Of a stretch of 64,000 nt of DNA, positions 29,376 to 39,174 are shown in pieces; position 1 is the stretch's first letter, and each line of letters begins with the position of its first letter. The translations under genes and the position numbers were made by a program. The stretch comes from a virus: the IMG/VR virus record IMGVR_UViG_3300037465_000480; one strand, 5' to 3'. The notes beneath the pieces are model-generated. The model was not told the origin of the DNA, did not search any database, and saw only the letters and a program-made list of their open reading frames with translations.

Positions 29376-29440
29376 TTAAAACGAGAAACTAGCACATTCA
29401 TATATTAGATTATATAATATATAAATGTGTAAGTTTTTCA
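29376..29440 (+). repeat. 65-bp nested palindromic element, copy 3 (most diverged)
   Basis: TTAAAACGAGAAACTAGCACATTCATATATTAGATTATATAATATATAAATGTGTAAGTTTTTC; same orientation as copy 2. Confidence 0.85.
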
Positions 29441-29455
29441 AGCTAGAGGTGAGCG

Positions 29456-29983
29456 ATGTTGGCAAGAACAGATTTTTCACGGTGGCAATCTTGGGTAAAA
29501 AACATCCTGGCAGTGTTCATCCCTGATTCTTTTCTAGGATGGACTTCTCTTATCAAGGCACATGTTTTGATTGGCATTGGGGGGTTTTATGCGTACTATA
29601 GTCATGACTACTCTCAGGGGGTAATTGAAAAAATTGGGGACATTCTACCTGTCCCGATTTACGCCAGCCTGTTTTTGGTAACAGGGGGCATGTGTCTTTA
29701 CATGGCACTATTTACCCAGTTGCCTAAGGCAGGGCATGTAGCGTTAATGTCCAGTCCCATTTTATTACATGTGACGATGGTCTTTAGGGATGGGCTAGGT
29801 GGGCAACGGGGCGGGTTTTTAGTGGCTGTCTATTTGCTGGCTTTGTATGCGGAAACGGTGCTCATTTCGCTTCATGAATTCAGGGCTCATCAGCCTGTAA
29901 GAAACCCTTCAGAACCGATATACGATTCCGAGAAATCTATACCAGAAATTGAACTAGAGAGGCTACTAGCTGTCGAACGGTGA
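29456..29983 (+). CDS. Multi-pass membrane protein (holin/antiholin candidate)
   Basis: About four hydrophobic segments; lies after the tail genes. Confidence 0.55.
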   Translation: MLARTDFSRWQSWVKNILAVFIPDSFLGWTSLIKAHVLIGIGGFYAYYSHDYSQGVIEKIGDILPVPIYASLFLVTGGMCLYMALFTQLPKAGHVALMSSPILLHVTMVFRDGLGGQRGGFLVAVYLLALYAETVLISLHEFRAHQPVRNPSEPIYDSEKSIPEIELERLLAVER

Positions 29984-30207
29984 ACGATATGCCGGAGGAT
30001 GTTTTCAATGTGGTGATGGTGCTGGGAACTTTTTTGTATAGCCTATGGGCTGCTCACCAGGCACGAAAAGAGAGTCGAGAACGACCTCGTTATCGCTATA
30101 CAGAAAAGCAGTTAATGGCTTTGCGTAAATTAGCCTTGGAAGGGATTATTGCTAAAATGGAATTGCAACGCTGCTTAGAAGAACAGCGCTTGGTTAATCA
30201 AGAATAG
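29980..30207 (+). CDS. Small membrane-anchored protein
   Basis: One N-terminal hydrophobic segment and a charged helical tail. Confidence 0.5.
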   Translation: MNDMPEDVFNVVMVLGTFLYSLWAAHQARKESRERPRYRYTEKQLMALRKLALEGIIAKMELQRCLEEQRLVNQE

Positions 30208-30218
30208 GAGCAAGGGAA

Positions 30219-30797
30219 ATGACGATGAAACGCATGATTTGGGCTGTGATTTGCCTATTGGTAGGGCTGATAGGGCTGTTGACTTATCGCCCGACTACTG
30301 CCCTGGCTGGGCAGTGTTGTGACGATAGGGTTTCCCTGGATAATCAAGAGGGCATACCATCCGATAGTGAGGTTTCCGACATAGTAGAAGAGGAACCCCC
30401 ACCGCCTAACTGGTTTGACGAATTTATTGAGGCAGCCATCCTGTTTGCCCCCACCATTACCTTTGCTGTGGGGACAGTTTGGAAACCTGTTATCAAGTCG
30501 TTGCTGTTGCCGTTGCTGTCATCATCGCAGACGCCAGCCAGTAATGGGCGGCTGAAACTCTATAACGACTTCCTCATTATCCTAGGGGTAGTTGTGTTAT
30601 CTGCCTATTATGTTTTTGTGCAAGACAACAACTTGCTACAAACCGCAGATAATCCTTATATCCAGGATTTGGGGATACAAGGGCAGCAGATCGTTTCTTT
30701 TGTTGCCATTGCTATTATCGCTATGTGCTACGCCGAGGTTTGGGCAGGGTTGCGTACCCTACCGCCTATTTTGCGGCGCATTGCTAAAGCTGTATAA
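30219..30797 (+). CDS. Membrane protein with signal-like N-terminus (holin candidate)
   Basis: Hydrophobic N-terminus, acidic linker, three further hydrophobic segments. Confidence 0.5.
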   Translation: MTMKRMIWAVICLLVGLIGLLTYRPTTALAGQCCDDRVSLDNQEGIPSDSEVSDIVEEEPPPPNWFDEFIEAAILFAPTITFAVGTVWKPVIKSLLLPLLSSSQTPASNGRLKLYNDFLIILGVVVLSAYYVFVQDNNLLQTADNPYIQDLGIQGQQIVSFVAIAIIAMCYAEVWAGLRTLPPILRRIAKAV

Positions 30798-30900
30798 TGG
30801 TCAAAGAGGAAGCAGGGTAGCCTTGCCTCCTCTCGTTTCTGTCATCTGATAAAAAGGGACACAGAGCCTCCCTATTCTCTCCTGTATTCAGCGTGTACAG

Positions 30901-30927
30901 CCCTTGTAATTTTTACAAGGGTTTTTT
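30901..30927 (+). terminator. Intrinsic terminator closing the late operon
   Basis: CCCTTGTAA-TTT-TTACAAGGG followed by T6. Confidence 0.8.
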
Positions 30928-30930
30928 CCC

Positions 30931-30959
30931 TTGTTTTTCTTTTTCTTCTTTGCTATAAT
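30931..30959 (+). promoter_or_regulatory. Sigma70-type promoter of the replication operon
   Basis: TTGTTT-17 bp-TATAAT with TGC extended -10. Confidence 0.6.
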
Positions 30960-30989
30960 TGATTGTAGCGAAAAGAAAAGGAAAAAAGG

Positions 30990-32747
30990 ATGATAATCCT
31001 CAAACCTCATCAGGAGCAAGCCTTACAAGCCATTCATGAAAAGCTACGCAAAGGGCAAGCGACTATCTGTGCCATTGCTACAGGGGGTGGCAAAACAGAG
31101 GTTGGCTTACAATGGCTAGCAGACAGTTGGGCAAATGGGGCAACGGGGATGCTCTGGATATGCCACCACCAAGAATTAGTCGAAGAGCCTGCCAAACGAG
31201 TGCGCGAATCCTGGTCTGGTGCCTTGCCAACACCCACCTTGGTAATGGGCAAGGATAATCAATTTAGTCCTTTCGTCACAGCCAGTATTCAGACCCTCTA
31301 TAGACCAAATCGCCTTGACGATTTGCTTAACAACATGCCCTTAAGCCATGTTGTTTATGACGAGGCTCATCATGCCGTTGCCAAGGAAAATCTTAGGGTT
31401 ATCCGCGCTATCCGTGAGCGCTATCCGCAAGTCAAAATAGTAGGGCTAACTGCCACTCCTAAGCGGGCTGACCAAACAGGAATGCAGTATGCTTTTGATA
31501 GCGTCGCTTTCAAATATCCTATCAATCAAGCCATCAAGGATGGGGTGCTTGTGCCTTTTGTAGGCTTGGGGGTAGCTTTATCCAATACGTCCTTTGCTGG
31601 ATTAAAACAAGAGAGAACGGCTGACGACGAGCGCGAATACCAAGTCGGCGACCAAACCGCTGTTATGCGAGCCAGTAATGCCCATGAATTAATTTTTGCC
31701 GCTTGGCTAAAACATGCCGGAGATCGACAAACCATCATTTTTGCTCCCACTGTCGATTATGCCCATTTTCTAGCGCATTATTGGCAAACCCAAGGAGAGC
31801 TAGCGATAGCTGTTGACGGAACCACTCCAAAGGAAGAGAGGAACCGCATTGTACGGGATTTTCGGGAAGGGAATATTCAAATTGTTATCAATTGCGCTTT
31901 ATGGACAGAGGGTTTTGATGCTCCTAACACGAGTTGTATCGTTATTGCCAGGACAGTAGGCAGTGACAGCTTATATCTGCAAATGATGGGCAGGGGACTA
32001 CGCCCCGCACCTTGGGCAGGAAAACACGATTGCTTAATCCTGGATTGTATCCCTAAAGATGCCCGTGATATTCGCTTAGCAGGCGATGTTTTGTCAGGCA
32101 AGCCCCCCGAACAGCGCAAATTAGAAGAGCGAGCCTCAAGCGCGGGGATTGTGATGAGTGCGTTTGGGATCAATAGCCAGGGGCAAGGCATAGATGGTGA
32201 TCCTGATAAGATCGTTGTTTCGGTACTCAATTACATGCAGAAAACTACCTTGGCTTGGGTGTATCAGGGGGATGTTGCTTCAGTTGCTATTGGTACCACA
32301 GATAGCGGCATTCCCTTAGCGTTGACCATTGTTTTTCCTCAGAATGGGCGACTTGCTAAGGCACGGCAATTAGCAGAGCAAGTAGGGTGTTCTATCCCTA
32401 CGGAAGCGGAAAACATCTATCTTAGACTGGAGACTACCTATAATCTGTATGTCTTGCGAGGAGGCGATTTGCACTTTGTGGGAGCGGAAAGCAGTTGGGA
32501 AAGTGCCAGTGAATTAGCTGAAGAATACGTTAGCCAGCAAGGTAACGATATGCTGAGTAATCGTGATAAAGGTTGGCGTAGCCAGCCCAAAACCGACAAA
32601 CAAATCGCCATGCTTGCCAGACTGGGGATAAGGCAGGACAAAATCAAAACTAAGGGCGAGGCAGCACAAGCCATAACCCATGCTAAGGTTTTGGGAGCCT
32701 TAAGACAGAGGAAGATTATTCCAAGAGGAGACAATAGCAATGGCTAA
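30990..32747 (+). CDS. SF2 DEAD/DEAH-box helicase (ResIII/IRC3-like)
   Basis: TGGGKT, DEAHH, GLTATP, TEGFDAP, QMMGRGLR. Confidence 0.92.
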   Translation: MIILKPHQEQALQAIHEKLRKGQATICAIATGGGKTEVGLQWLADSWANGATGMLWICHHQELVEEPAKRVRESWSGALPTPTLVMGKDNQFSPFVTASIQTLYRPNRLDDLLNNMPLSHVVYDEAHHAVAKENLRVIRAIRERYPQVKIVGLTATPKRADQTGMQYAFDSVAFKYPINQAIKDGVLVPFVGLGVALSNTSFAGLKQERTADDEREYQVGDQTAVMRASNAHELIFAAWLKHAGDRQTIIFAPTVDYAHFLAHYWQTQGELAIAVDGTTPKEERNRIVRDFREGNIQIVINCALWTEGFDAPNTSCIVIARTVGSDSLYLQMMGRGLRPAPWAGKHDCLILDCIPKDARDIRLAGDVLSGKPPEQRKLEERASSAGIVMSAFGINSQGQGIDGDPDKIVVSVLNYMQKTTLAWVYQGDVASVAIGTTDSGIPLALTIVFPQNGRLAKARQLAEQVGCSIPTEAENIYLRLETTYNLYVLRGGDLHFVGAESSWESASELAEEYVSQQGNDMLSNRDKGWRSQPKTDKQIAMLARLGIRQDKIKTKGEAAQAITHAKVLGALRQRKIIPRGDNSNG

Positions 32748-32952
32748 GACAATCACAAGACGCCAAATCAAGAAACTCGCCTGTGAATTGTATCAAGAAA
32801 AGGTGGACATTTGGCAAGGTTATCATGTGGACAAGGGCAGGCGGGGATGGATCATGCAACGCTTTGGGCGAGGGGAAGTTTTCCTCGGCGAAACGTTGCT
32901 AGAGGCTTATGATACGTTGCTGATTTGGCATGAATTGAAGACTGAAGGATAG
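32740..32952 (+). CDS. Hypothetical protein
   Basis: RBS AGGAG; overlaps the helicase stop. Confidence 0.55.
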   Translation: MAKTITRRQIKKLACELYQEKVDIWQGYHVDKGRRGWIMQRFGRGEVFLGETLLEAYDTLLIWHELKTEG

Positions 32953-32957
32953 TTGTC

Positions 32958-33248
32958 ATGCCACCAAGAGACAAAATCAAGCAATTGATTAGCGAGGTTA
33001 GGGCACAATGTCCTAATCCCGCAGACGGGCTAGCCTTGTCTCTGGTTATCTGGCAGGTCTTACAAAGGTATTTTGCCAGGCCTATCGACAAACGCTTAGT
33101 ATTCGACTATAAAAGGATGCAAGCCTTAGCCTTGGCTCTACACGGTGAAGCCAGCTTGCCTGTAACCTACCACGATAAAAATTTAGAATATGCCATGTAT
33201 CTCTATACCTATATCAAGTGTGCCATTCAGGATGGAAAAGATGGATAA
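32958..33248 (+). CDS. Hypothetical protein
   Basis: In operon context; overlaps the primase start. Confidence 0.55.
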   Translation: MPPRDKIKQLISEVRAQCPNPADGLALSLVIWQVLQRYFARPIDKRLVFDYKRMQALALALHGEASLPVTYHDKNLEYAMYLYTYIKCAIQDGKDG

Positions 33249-34137
33249 CAACATCTTGCTGAATTTAGCCAAGTTGCTACATGCCCACTATCGACAATCA
33301 CCCCCGTCTCATAAAGGCTGGCACGCTGACTGCCCTTTCTGCGGAAAACCTGCCAAGAGAGGGCAAAAGCATTTCTTTTTTAACGAAAGGGGCTATATCT
33401 GTTGGGTATGTCAGAGGCAGGGGGGGCTTTTTTCCTTAGCTCAGGAATTACATATGTTAGCCCCAGAAACTGGGGGCAGGCTTAGCCTGCCCCAAGCCCC
33501 CAAGGAAAAGGTAGCACCCCCTAGCTGCTTTGATTTACGGCTTTTGAAGGAATATGAAGCGTCCCCTCAGAAAAACGCGCTATGGGCGTCCTATAAGCCC
33601 TTGACGCCAGCCACTATAGAAAAATATCGCCTGGGGGTAGGGTGCTTGCCTAAGGGCAAAAAAGGGGAAACACGCCTCATTATCCCTATTTTGCGGGATG
33701 GGCAGCTTGTTATGTTGCGGGGGCGTAGTCTCCCTGGTATATCTGCTCATACTCCCAAGTGGTTAACCAATGGTACTCCCCCCAGGCTTTTCGGGCAGTT
33801 AGACGCGCCGCCCCGTGCCACCCTGGTGATCTGCGAAAACATGGCGGATGCTTTATGGCTTAATCAGGAATATCCTTCTTTGTATGCGCTTGCCCCTAGC
33901 GGCGGGGCGGCATCCTGGCAGGCAGGCTGGGGAAAAGTCATTAACCACATGCAGCCTGATTTTGTGCTGATTTTGCTCGATAACGATCCCGCAGGCAGAT
34001 TAGGAGCCAGCAAAATTGGCAGGAGTCTTCATGCTTATCGGGTTCCGTATAGTATTTTTGATTGGAACAAAATCCCAGACGCGCCCCCTAAAGCAGATTT
34101 AGGGTGGTTAATTGAATATAAAGGAATAAGGCTATGA
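33241..34137 (+). CDS. DNA primase (Zn finger + TOPRIM)
   Basis: CPFC...H...CWVC Zn-binding motif; ICENMADAL and LLDNDPAG TOPRIM motifs. Confidence 0.85.
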   Translation: MDNNILLNLAKLLHAHYRQSPPSHKGWHADCPFCGKPAKRGQKHFFFNERGYICWVCQRQGGLFSLAQELHMLAPETGGRLSLPQAPKEKVAPPSCFDLRLLKEYEASPQKNALWASYKPLTPATIEKYRLGVGCLPKGKKGETRLIIPILRDGQLVMLRGRSLPGISAHTPKWLTNGTPPRLFGQLDAPPRATLVICENMADALWLNQEYPSLYALAPSGGAASWQAGWGKVINHMQPDFVLILLDNDPAGRLGASKIGRSLHAYRVPYSIFDWNKIPDAPPKADLGWLIEYKGIRL

Positions 34138-34484
34138 GAACACCTAAGACAGAAGTTGATAGCAAAGACCGAAAACTGCTCTCTGCAATTGCCATTCTCA
34201 GTGTGAGAGGGGAAACGCTCACCCTGAAGGGCATTGGGCAAGAGGCAGGCCATATCACCTCTGGGGCGGTAGCTTACCGCTTGCGCTGGCTAGCAGAGCG
34301 GGGGTTCCTCATCCAACGTGAGCGAAGCTGGGAATTAACCCGCGATGGCTTAGCATTGATTAGCAAGCCTGAAACGACCACCATAGAGGAAGCTACCCGC
34401 TGGGCAAACATGTTAGCCTTGGCTAAAGTCCATTCTGAACGGATTGCCGAATGGCTAACCCAAGCTCCTGAATATCCCTATTAA
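34134..34484 (+). CDS. Winged-helix transcription regulator (LexA/MarR-like DNA-binding domain)
   Basis: TLKGIGQEAG..TSGAVAYRLRWLAERGFL...WELT. Confidence 0.7.
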   Translation: MRTPKTEVDSKDRKLLSAIAILSVRGETLTLKGIGQEAGHITSGAVAYRLRWLAERGFLIQRERSWELTRDGLALISKPETTTIEEATRWANMLALAKVHSERIAEWLTQAPEYPY

Positions 34485-34551
34485 AGCATCTTCGCTATTC
34501 CAAAAAAGGCAGGGATGCTTTAAAAAGAAGGCTAAGCAAAAGGAAAAGGCT

Positions 34552-34920
34552 ATGAAAATAACCACCGTTAGCACTGCTTTTCATTTGAAAATCCCCTTGG
34601 TGGACTATGGCAACGCAGAAATCAGTGTGAGCTATTCCGCCACTTTAGAAGAGGGCGATGATCCGCGTCGTGTCGCTCAGGAATTAACCGAATTAGCCAG
34701 GCAGGACGTGGCTAACCAAGTTATGCCTATCGCTGTCGCGCGATTAGCGCAAACGGACATCGCTCATGTTGCCGCCTTGGTCAAGGAATGGAAACCCCTA
34801 CAGATCCTAAGACTGCTTATGCCGCAAATTGACTTTTCGCAGTTTGTGGCGTTAAATGAAGAGCATCAAAAGCTACTGAATGCTCTTTGGTTTGTCCCTG
34901 TAAAAGAAAGCGAAAAATAA
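34552..34920 (+). CDS. Hypothetical protein
   Basis: AAAAGGAAAAGG RBS; coupled to the next gene. Confidence 0.6.
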   Translation: MKITTVSTAFHLKIPLVDYGNAEISVSYSATLEEGDDPRRVAQELTELARQDVANQVMPIAVARLAQTDIAHVAALVKEWKPLQILRLLMPQIDFSQFVALNEEHQKLLNALWFVPVKESEK

Positions 34921-36251
34921 TGAGTACGTTTTCACGCAATAAACCCCCCATTGATGAACTGTATGAACCTAAGCCTGCTTATTTAGGGCAGGGTTTCCAA
35001 GTTTTGTGTCAATTGCGTAAGGGGGATAAAGCTATTTCCCCGAAGACTGGCAACCCTTACCCTGTTAATCTGGACTATTGGCGTGCCAGCGACTTTCTCA
35101 ATGTTCGTGTCCAGGAGGCGTTTTATGCTTTGTATGGCGAAAAGCCTAGCGAAATTGATAATGTTGTTTTGCTAGGGCAAACCGTCAGTCAGGCAGTGCC
35201 ACTGGTGTATGAACAGTGGGGAGAGCAATCGGGACTCAGCAGACGGTGTGATGGGTATTCCTGCTATCTATGGCGGGATGAGAAAGACCCGCGTTTAATG
35301 CGAAATGAGCCTATTGCTTGCAAGCAACACGATGAGCCACCGTGTGAATGTGTTCTGACGGCGCGTTTGACCTTGATCTTGCCTGATTTAATCAGGCGGT
35401 CTAGGGAGATGGGGGTCGTCAGGCTGACTTTGCGCAATCCAAAGGACATTAAAGCCCTCTTGGATATTATCGTAGACACAGGAGAAAAACCGAGTATCCC
35501 CCGCTTGCTAGGTGTTCCATTGTCTACTATGCGGTGGCGCATTACCCGCGTTCCCGTTCCTATGACCCGCTGGGAGAAAGCAGGGAATACCACCTGGAAA
35601 CCTGCCAAGGTAACTCAGATGATGGTAGGTTTTGTGCCTGATTTGCCGAACATGGTAGATTTAGGGGTTTTGCCTCCCCACATTCTCTCAGGAATGCTAG
35701 GGATTGATACCCCCCCTGATCTAACAGTCGCCTTGCCTGCTGAGGCGGATGCCCCTGTTGCCAATCAAACAACCCTCGATTTGTTAGCACAAGGCATCGC
35801 CTTAGAAGACGTGGAGCCCCGCCAAGATTTAATCCGCATAGCGAACGCTTATGGAGAAATGGTAGTTACTCAAGAGGGTAAACACCCTCACCTGATTACC
35901 TTTGAGGAACTTGCCACATTTTATCGCCTGGATTTAACATCGCCTCTTGCCAGTTTGGAAAAGGCAGTTTTGGAAAGCCTTTTGGAAGAAGGAATGTTGC
36001 TTATCTTCGATAAAGGCATAGCCACCCTGCAGGTAGAGGGGCAGTTCATTGATCGTCCTATCGTTTGGTTACAAGGGGGGCTGAACCAAGAAACGCCTAT
36101 CATGCTGGACAGCAAGCACCTACCCGATTCGATTGTCGGATCTTGGGAATTGACCCCCGAAAATCCAGATAGGAAGGTTCATTTTGCCGACGTTTTGGTA
36201 GTGCGTTTGGCATACACTCATAAAGGCAATTTGCAAGCTATCCCCACCTAG
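34920..36251 (+). CDS. Recombination directionality factor-like (phiC31 gp3-like) protein with C-terminal extension
   Basis: LRKGDK...PVNLDYWR...RRCDG...CECVLTARLTLILP motifs. Confidence 0.65.
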   Translation: MSTFSRNKPPIDELYEPKPAYLGQGFQVLCQLRKGDKAISPKTGNPYPVNLDYWRASDFLNVRVQEAFYALYGEKPSEIDNVVLLGQTVSQAVPLVYEQWGEQSGLSRRCDGYSCYLWRDEKDPRLMRNEPIACKQHDEPPCECVLTARLTLILPDLIRRSREMGVVRLTLRNPKDIKALLDIIVDTGEKPSIPRLLGVPLSTMRWRITRVPVPMTRWEKAGNTTWKPAKVTQMMVGFVPDLPNMVDLGVLPPHILSGMLGIDTPPDLTVALPAEADAPVANQTTLDLLAQGIALEDVEPRQDLIRIANAYGEMVVTQEGKHPHLITFEELATFYRLDLTSPLASLEKAVLESLLEEGMLLIFDKGIATLQVEGQFIDRPIVWLQGGLNQETPIMLDSKHLPDSIVGSWELTPENPDRKVHFADVLVVRLAYTHKGNLQAIPT

Positions 36252-36266
36252 GAAGGGATAGCTAAA

Positions 36267-38315
36267 ATGTCCAGTGAATTAGCCTTACTGATTGAGGAAA
36301 TTCGTAGGGAGTACCAAGCTGCCCAGCAAAAGCGGTGGGTACTCCCTACCCCGCCAGAGGAGATAGATTATCAAAATTATCCTCATTTGCAATGGCTCCC
36401 CCTTTCAGGTGAGGAGCCTCCCCTGCCTAAAGAAGAAACCATTGCAAATGTGAGAAAGGGGTTAGAACAGAATATCAGGGACTATCTTAGCACAGAACGC
36501 GAAAAACCGAGCTTGCTACTAGTGCGGGTCGCTCCAGGGGTAGGGAAAACCCATGCTGGGGTACAGCTTGCCCAGGACAGGGCTAAGGCAGGCGATACGG
36601 TCTTATGGGCTGCCCAACGTCATGATATGTTTGAGCAATTATCCTTAATCCCAGGCTTTGATCCCGTCTTTTGGCAACACTGGCGCCCTATGCAACTAGA
36701 GCCTGTCGAGACTTGTCGCTATACCCCTTATCAACATGTTTGGGTTAAAAAGGGGTATCCCTCTTTTACCTTATGTAAATCCTTGTGCACTTTTGACAAT
36801 CACTTAAGCCATTGTCCTTTTCGTCGGCAAGCCCACGCAACGCAGCCTATTTGTTTCGTAATGCACCAACACTTGGTGTTGGGTATTGGCAGGACAGCTT
36901 GGGACTGGGGCATTATTGACGAATTGCCTATTCAGGCTTTTTTGTCAACCAGGCACATTCCCCGCAAGGAAATGGCTATTCAAGGGGGCAAACCAGAAGT
37001 GCGGGATTTTGCTGTCCGCTTGATGGATTTAGCCAGCGGGCTAGGAGAGCATGAAACTTTATCAGGCAAGCCGCTGATGGATGCTATCAAAGAAGTTCTT
37101 CGCCAAGTATGGTATGCTTTGGAAAAATTTGAGGACGCGCTACCGTTTGTCCCGCGTGTTTTTCAGCCTGAGGACGTGGCGAAAGCTCCTTATTTCTATC
37201 TGCCTGACCTGCTTAAAATCCTGTCAAGAGAATGGGCGGTCTATCAACAGGGCTGGGAGAAATGGGCAGAACGCGTCTTTCTAACGAAAGACGGGCTCGA
37301 TTTGGTAGGTAGAGCCAGAGAATGGGATAGCTTGCCAGATAAGCTGATTTGCTTTGATGCCACAGCCAGCCCTACAGTATATGAATTTATTTTCCCAGAA
37401 AGGGAAATTCTCTCTTATGCGCCAGTCACCCAGGGGCAGGGAAAAGTTTTTCAAATCACTGGCAGGTTGTACGGGCAAGGAACCTTACAAGCCGAAACGG
37501 ACTGTGGGGAGGTGGGCGATTTAATCGCAGCTATTGAAAAATTGAGAGACATTCACCACTATAAAAGTATCGGGGTGGTTTGCCACAAATCAGCCACTGC
37601 CCGCTTTGCTGAATGTTTTGGCGAGTCCGCTGTTTTGCATTTTTATGGTCAGCGAGGGACAAACAGTTTGCAGGATGTGGACGCTTTATTTATTTGCGGT
37701 ACACCTTCCCCATCGCCACAGAGCTTGCTTACTCAGGCAACCGCTTTAGATGATCAGCGAATGGAACCTTTTTATCCGCAGTATAGCTATCAAAAGCTCC
37801 CTTACCTTATCCGTCCTGAGGCTGCCCATGTAGCAGGTCATCCGCTGCATTATCCTGTGAGACTCATTGGCGGGTATCATGGCCAGCCTGCCTTACAAGG
37901 GCTACTATCTCAACACCGTGAATACGAAATTGTGCAGGCTTTGCATCGCAGCCGCCTCAGCATTCGCTCCACTGACGTATGGGTGTTTAGCCCCATTCCC
38001 CTACCCGATATCATTCTGGACGGCATTTTCCCTTATCCGCCGATTGCACCCCAGGGGATAGGCTGGAAACACTGGCTTAAAATGGAGCCTTGGTTACTTC
38101 GTGAATGGTCAATAGGAAATGGGGTAGGCAGGCATGAATTAGCCTCCTTCGCTCAAATTTCGCCCAAGAGTGTCTACAACCAAGGATGGCTACCAGCCAT
38201 ACAAGAGCATATGCGTGATGAACGGGGAAACCCCCTTTGGGACTGGGAAGATGATCCCCTTTTCATAGGGAAAAGAGGACCTCGGATACAACGGCTTAAA
38301 CCAGTGAGTCGCTAA
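36267..38315 (+). CDS. Second helicase-like ATPase, with features of the DinG/XPD Fe-S type
   Basis: Walker A PGVGKT, Walker B IIDE, four-Cys cluster C...CKSLC...CPF, CFDATA, IVQALHRSR. Confidence 0.68.
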   Translation: MSSELALLIEEIRREYQAAQQKRWVLPTPPEEIDYQNYPHLQWLPLSGEEPPLPKEETIANVRKGLEQNIRDYLSTEREKPSLLLVRVAPGVGKTHAGVQLAQDRAKAGDTVLWAAQRHDMFEQLSLIPGFDPVFWQHWRPMQLEPVETCRYTPYQHVWVKKGYPSFTLCKSLCTFDNHLSHCPFRRQAHATQPICFVMHQHLVLGIGRTAWDWGIIDELPIQAFLSTRHIPRKEMAIQGGKPEVRDFAVRLMDLASGLGEHETLSGKPLMDAIKEVLRQVWYALEKFEDALPFVPRVFQPEDVAKAPYFYLPDLLKILSREWAVYQQGWEKWAERVFLTKDGLDLVGRAREWDSLPDKLICFDATASPTVYEFIFPEREILSYAPVTQGQGKVFQITGRLYGQGTLQAETDCGEVGDLIAAIEKLRDIHHYKSIGVVCHKSATARFAECFGESAVLHFYGQRGTNSLQDVDALFICGTPSPSPQSLLTQATALDDQRMEPFYPQYSYQKLPYLIRPEAAHVAGHPLHYPVRLIGGYHGQPALQGLLSQHREYEIVQALHRSRLSIRSTDVWVFSPIPLPDIILDGIFPYPPIAPQGIGWKHWLKMEPWLLREWSIGNGVGRHELASFAQISPKSVYNQGWLPAIQEHMRDERGNPLWDWEDDPLFIGKRGPRIQRLKPVSR

Positions 38316-38323
38316 AACCAAAA

Positions 38324-38339
38324 CCCGCCTTTCGGCGGG
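38324..38339. terminator. GC-rich hairpin after the replication operon
   Basis: CCCGCC-TTTC-GGCGGG; A-rich upstream, weak T tract downstream. Confidence 0.5.
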
Positions 38340-38427
38340 CTTACGAAAAGGAAAAGGTAACGTGTAATGAGAAGGGGAGTGCAGATTTCTGCCTGCGGAA
38401 AACTCATTACCACCAACTTATATAGTC

Positions 38428-38456
38428 TAGCACAAAAAGCAGTCCTCTTCTATAAT
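38428..38456 (+). promoter_or_regulatory. Promoter of the endolysin gene, predicted leaderless
   Basis: TAGCAC-17 bp-TATAAT; ATG 38464 lies 7 nt downstream with no Shine-Dalgarno. Confidence 0.55.
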
Positions 38457-38463
38457 GTATTGT

Positions 38464-39174
38464 ATGAGTATTCGATTGTATCCCCCCGTAAAACCCTTGA
38501 TTATTACCCAACCCTACGGGGCTAACCCTGCGTATTATCGCCAGTTTGGGCTAGATGGTCATGAGGGGATAGATTACGCGCTATCTTCTGGACAGGTGGT
38601 GTTCGCTTGTGCTGATGGGATCGTCAAAATGGTTAAGCCTGGGATGGATAGTGGGTGGCATAATTACGGGATACACCTACGAATTGCTCATGCAGATGGA
38701 TATGAGACTATCTATGCCCATCTGCAGACGGTTTTGGTTAGGGAAGGGCAAAGCGTTTTAGCAGGCGATAAAATCGCTCGGGGGGATAACACGGGGAATA
38801 GCACCGGCAACCATTTGCATCTTACGCTCAAAAAAGATGGGATAATTATTGACCCTACCCCTTATATAGTCGCCCTTTCTCCTGATCCTCCCCCTGCCAT
38901 GATATTACCACCAGGGACACGCATTATTAAAGTGGCTACAGATGCTTTGCGCGTTAGGAAAAGCCCTAGCTTAAAAGGGGAGATCGTTACCACAGTGCCA
39001 CGCAATACCAGGCTCTATTTAGGCAATCAGCACGAGCAAGCAGATGGTTGGCAGTGGGGCAAATTGATTATGCCCCATCCTATTATCCTCGGTGGCGAGA
39101 CCGTTGATTTAGGGGGGCTGTGGGTAGCTTTGTGGGAAATTGTCATTGGGCAACGATTGGTCGTCTTTTTGTGA
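38464..39174 (+). CDS. Endolysin: M23 peptidase + SH3-like domain
   Basis: HEGIDY (HxxxD), NYG, YAHL, STGNHLH; C-terminal ALRVRKSPS...IVTTVP. Confidence 0.85.
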   Translation: MSIRLYPPVKPLIITQPYGANPAYYRQFGLDGHEGIDYALSSGQVVFACADGIVKMVKPGMDSGWHNYGIHLRIAHADGYETIYAHLQTVLVREGQSVLAGDKIARGDNTGNSTGNHLHLTLKKDGIIIDPTPYIVALSPDPPPAMILPPGTRIIKVATDALRVRKSPSLKGEIVTTVPRNTRLYLGNQHEQADGWQWGKLIMPHPIILGGETVDLGGLWVALWEIVIGQRLVVFL

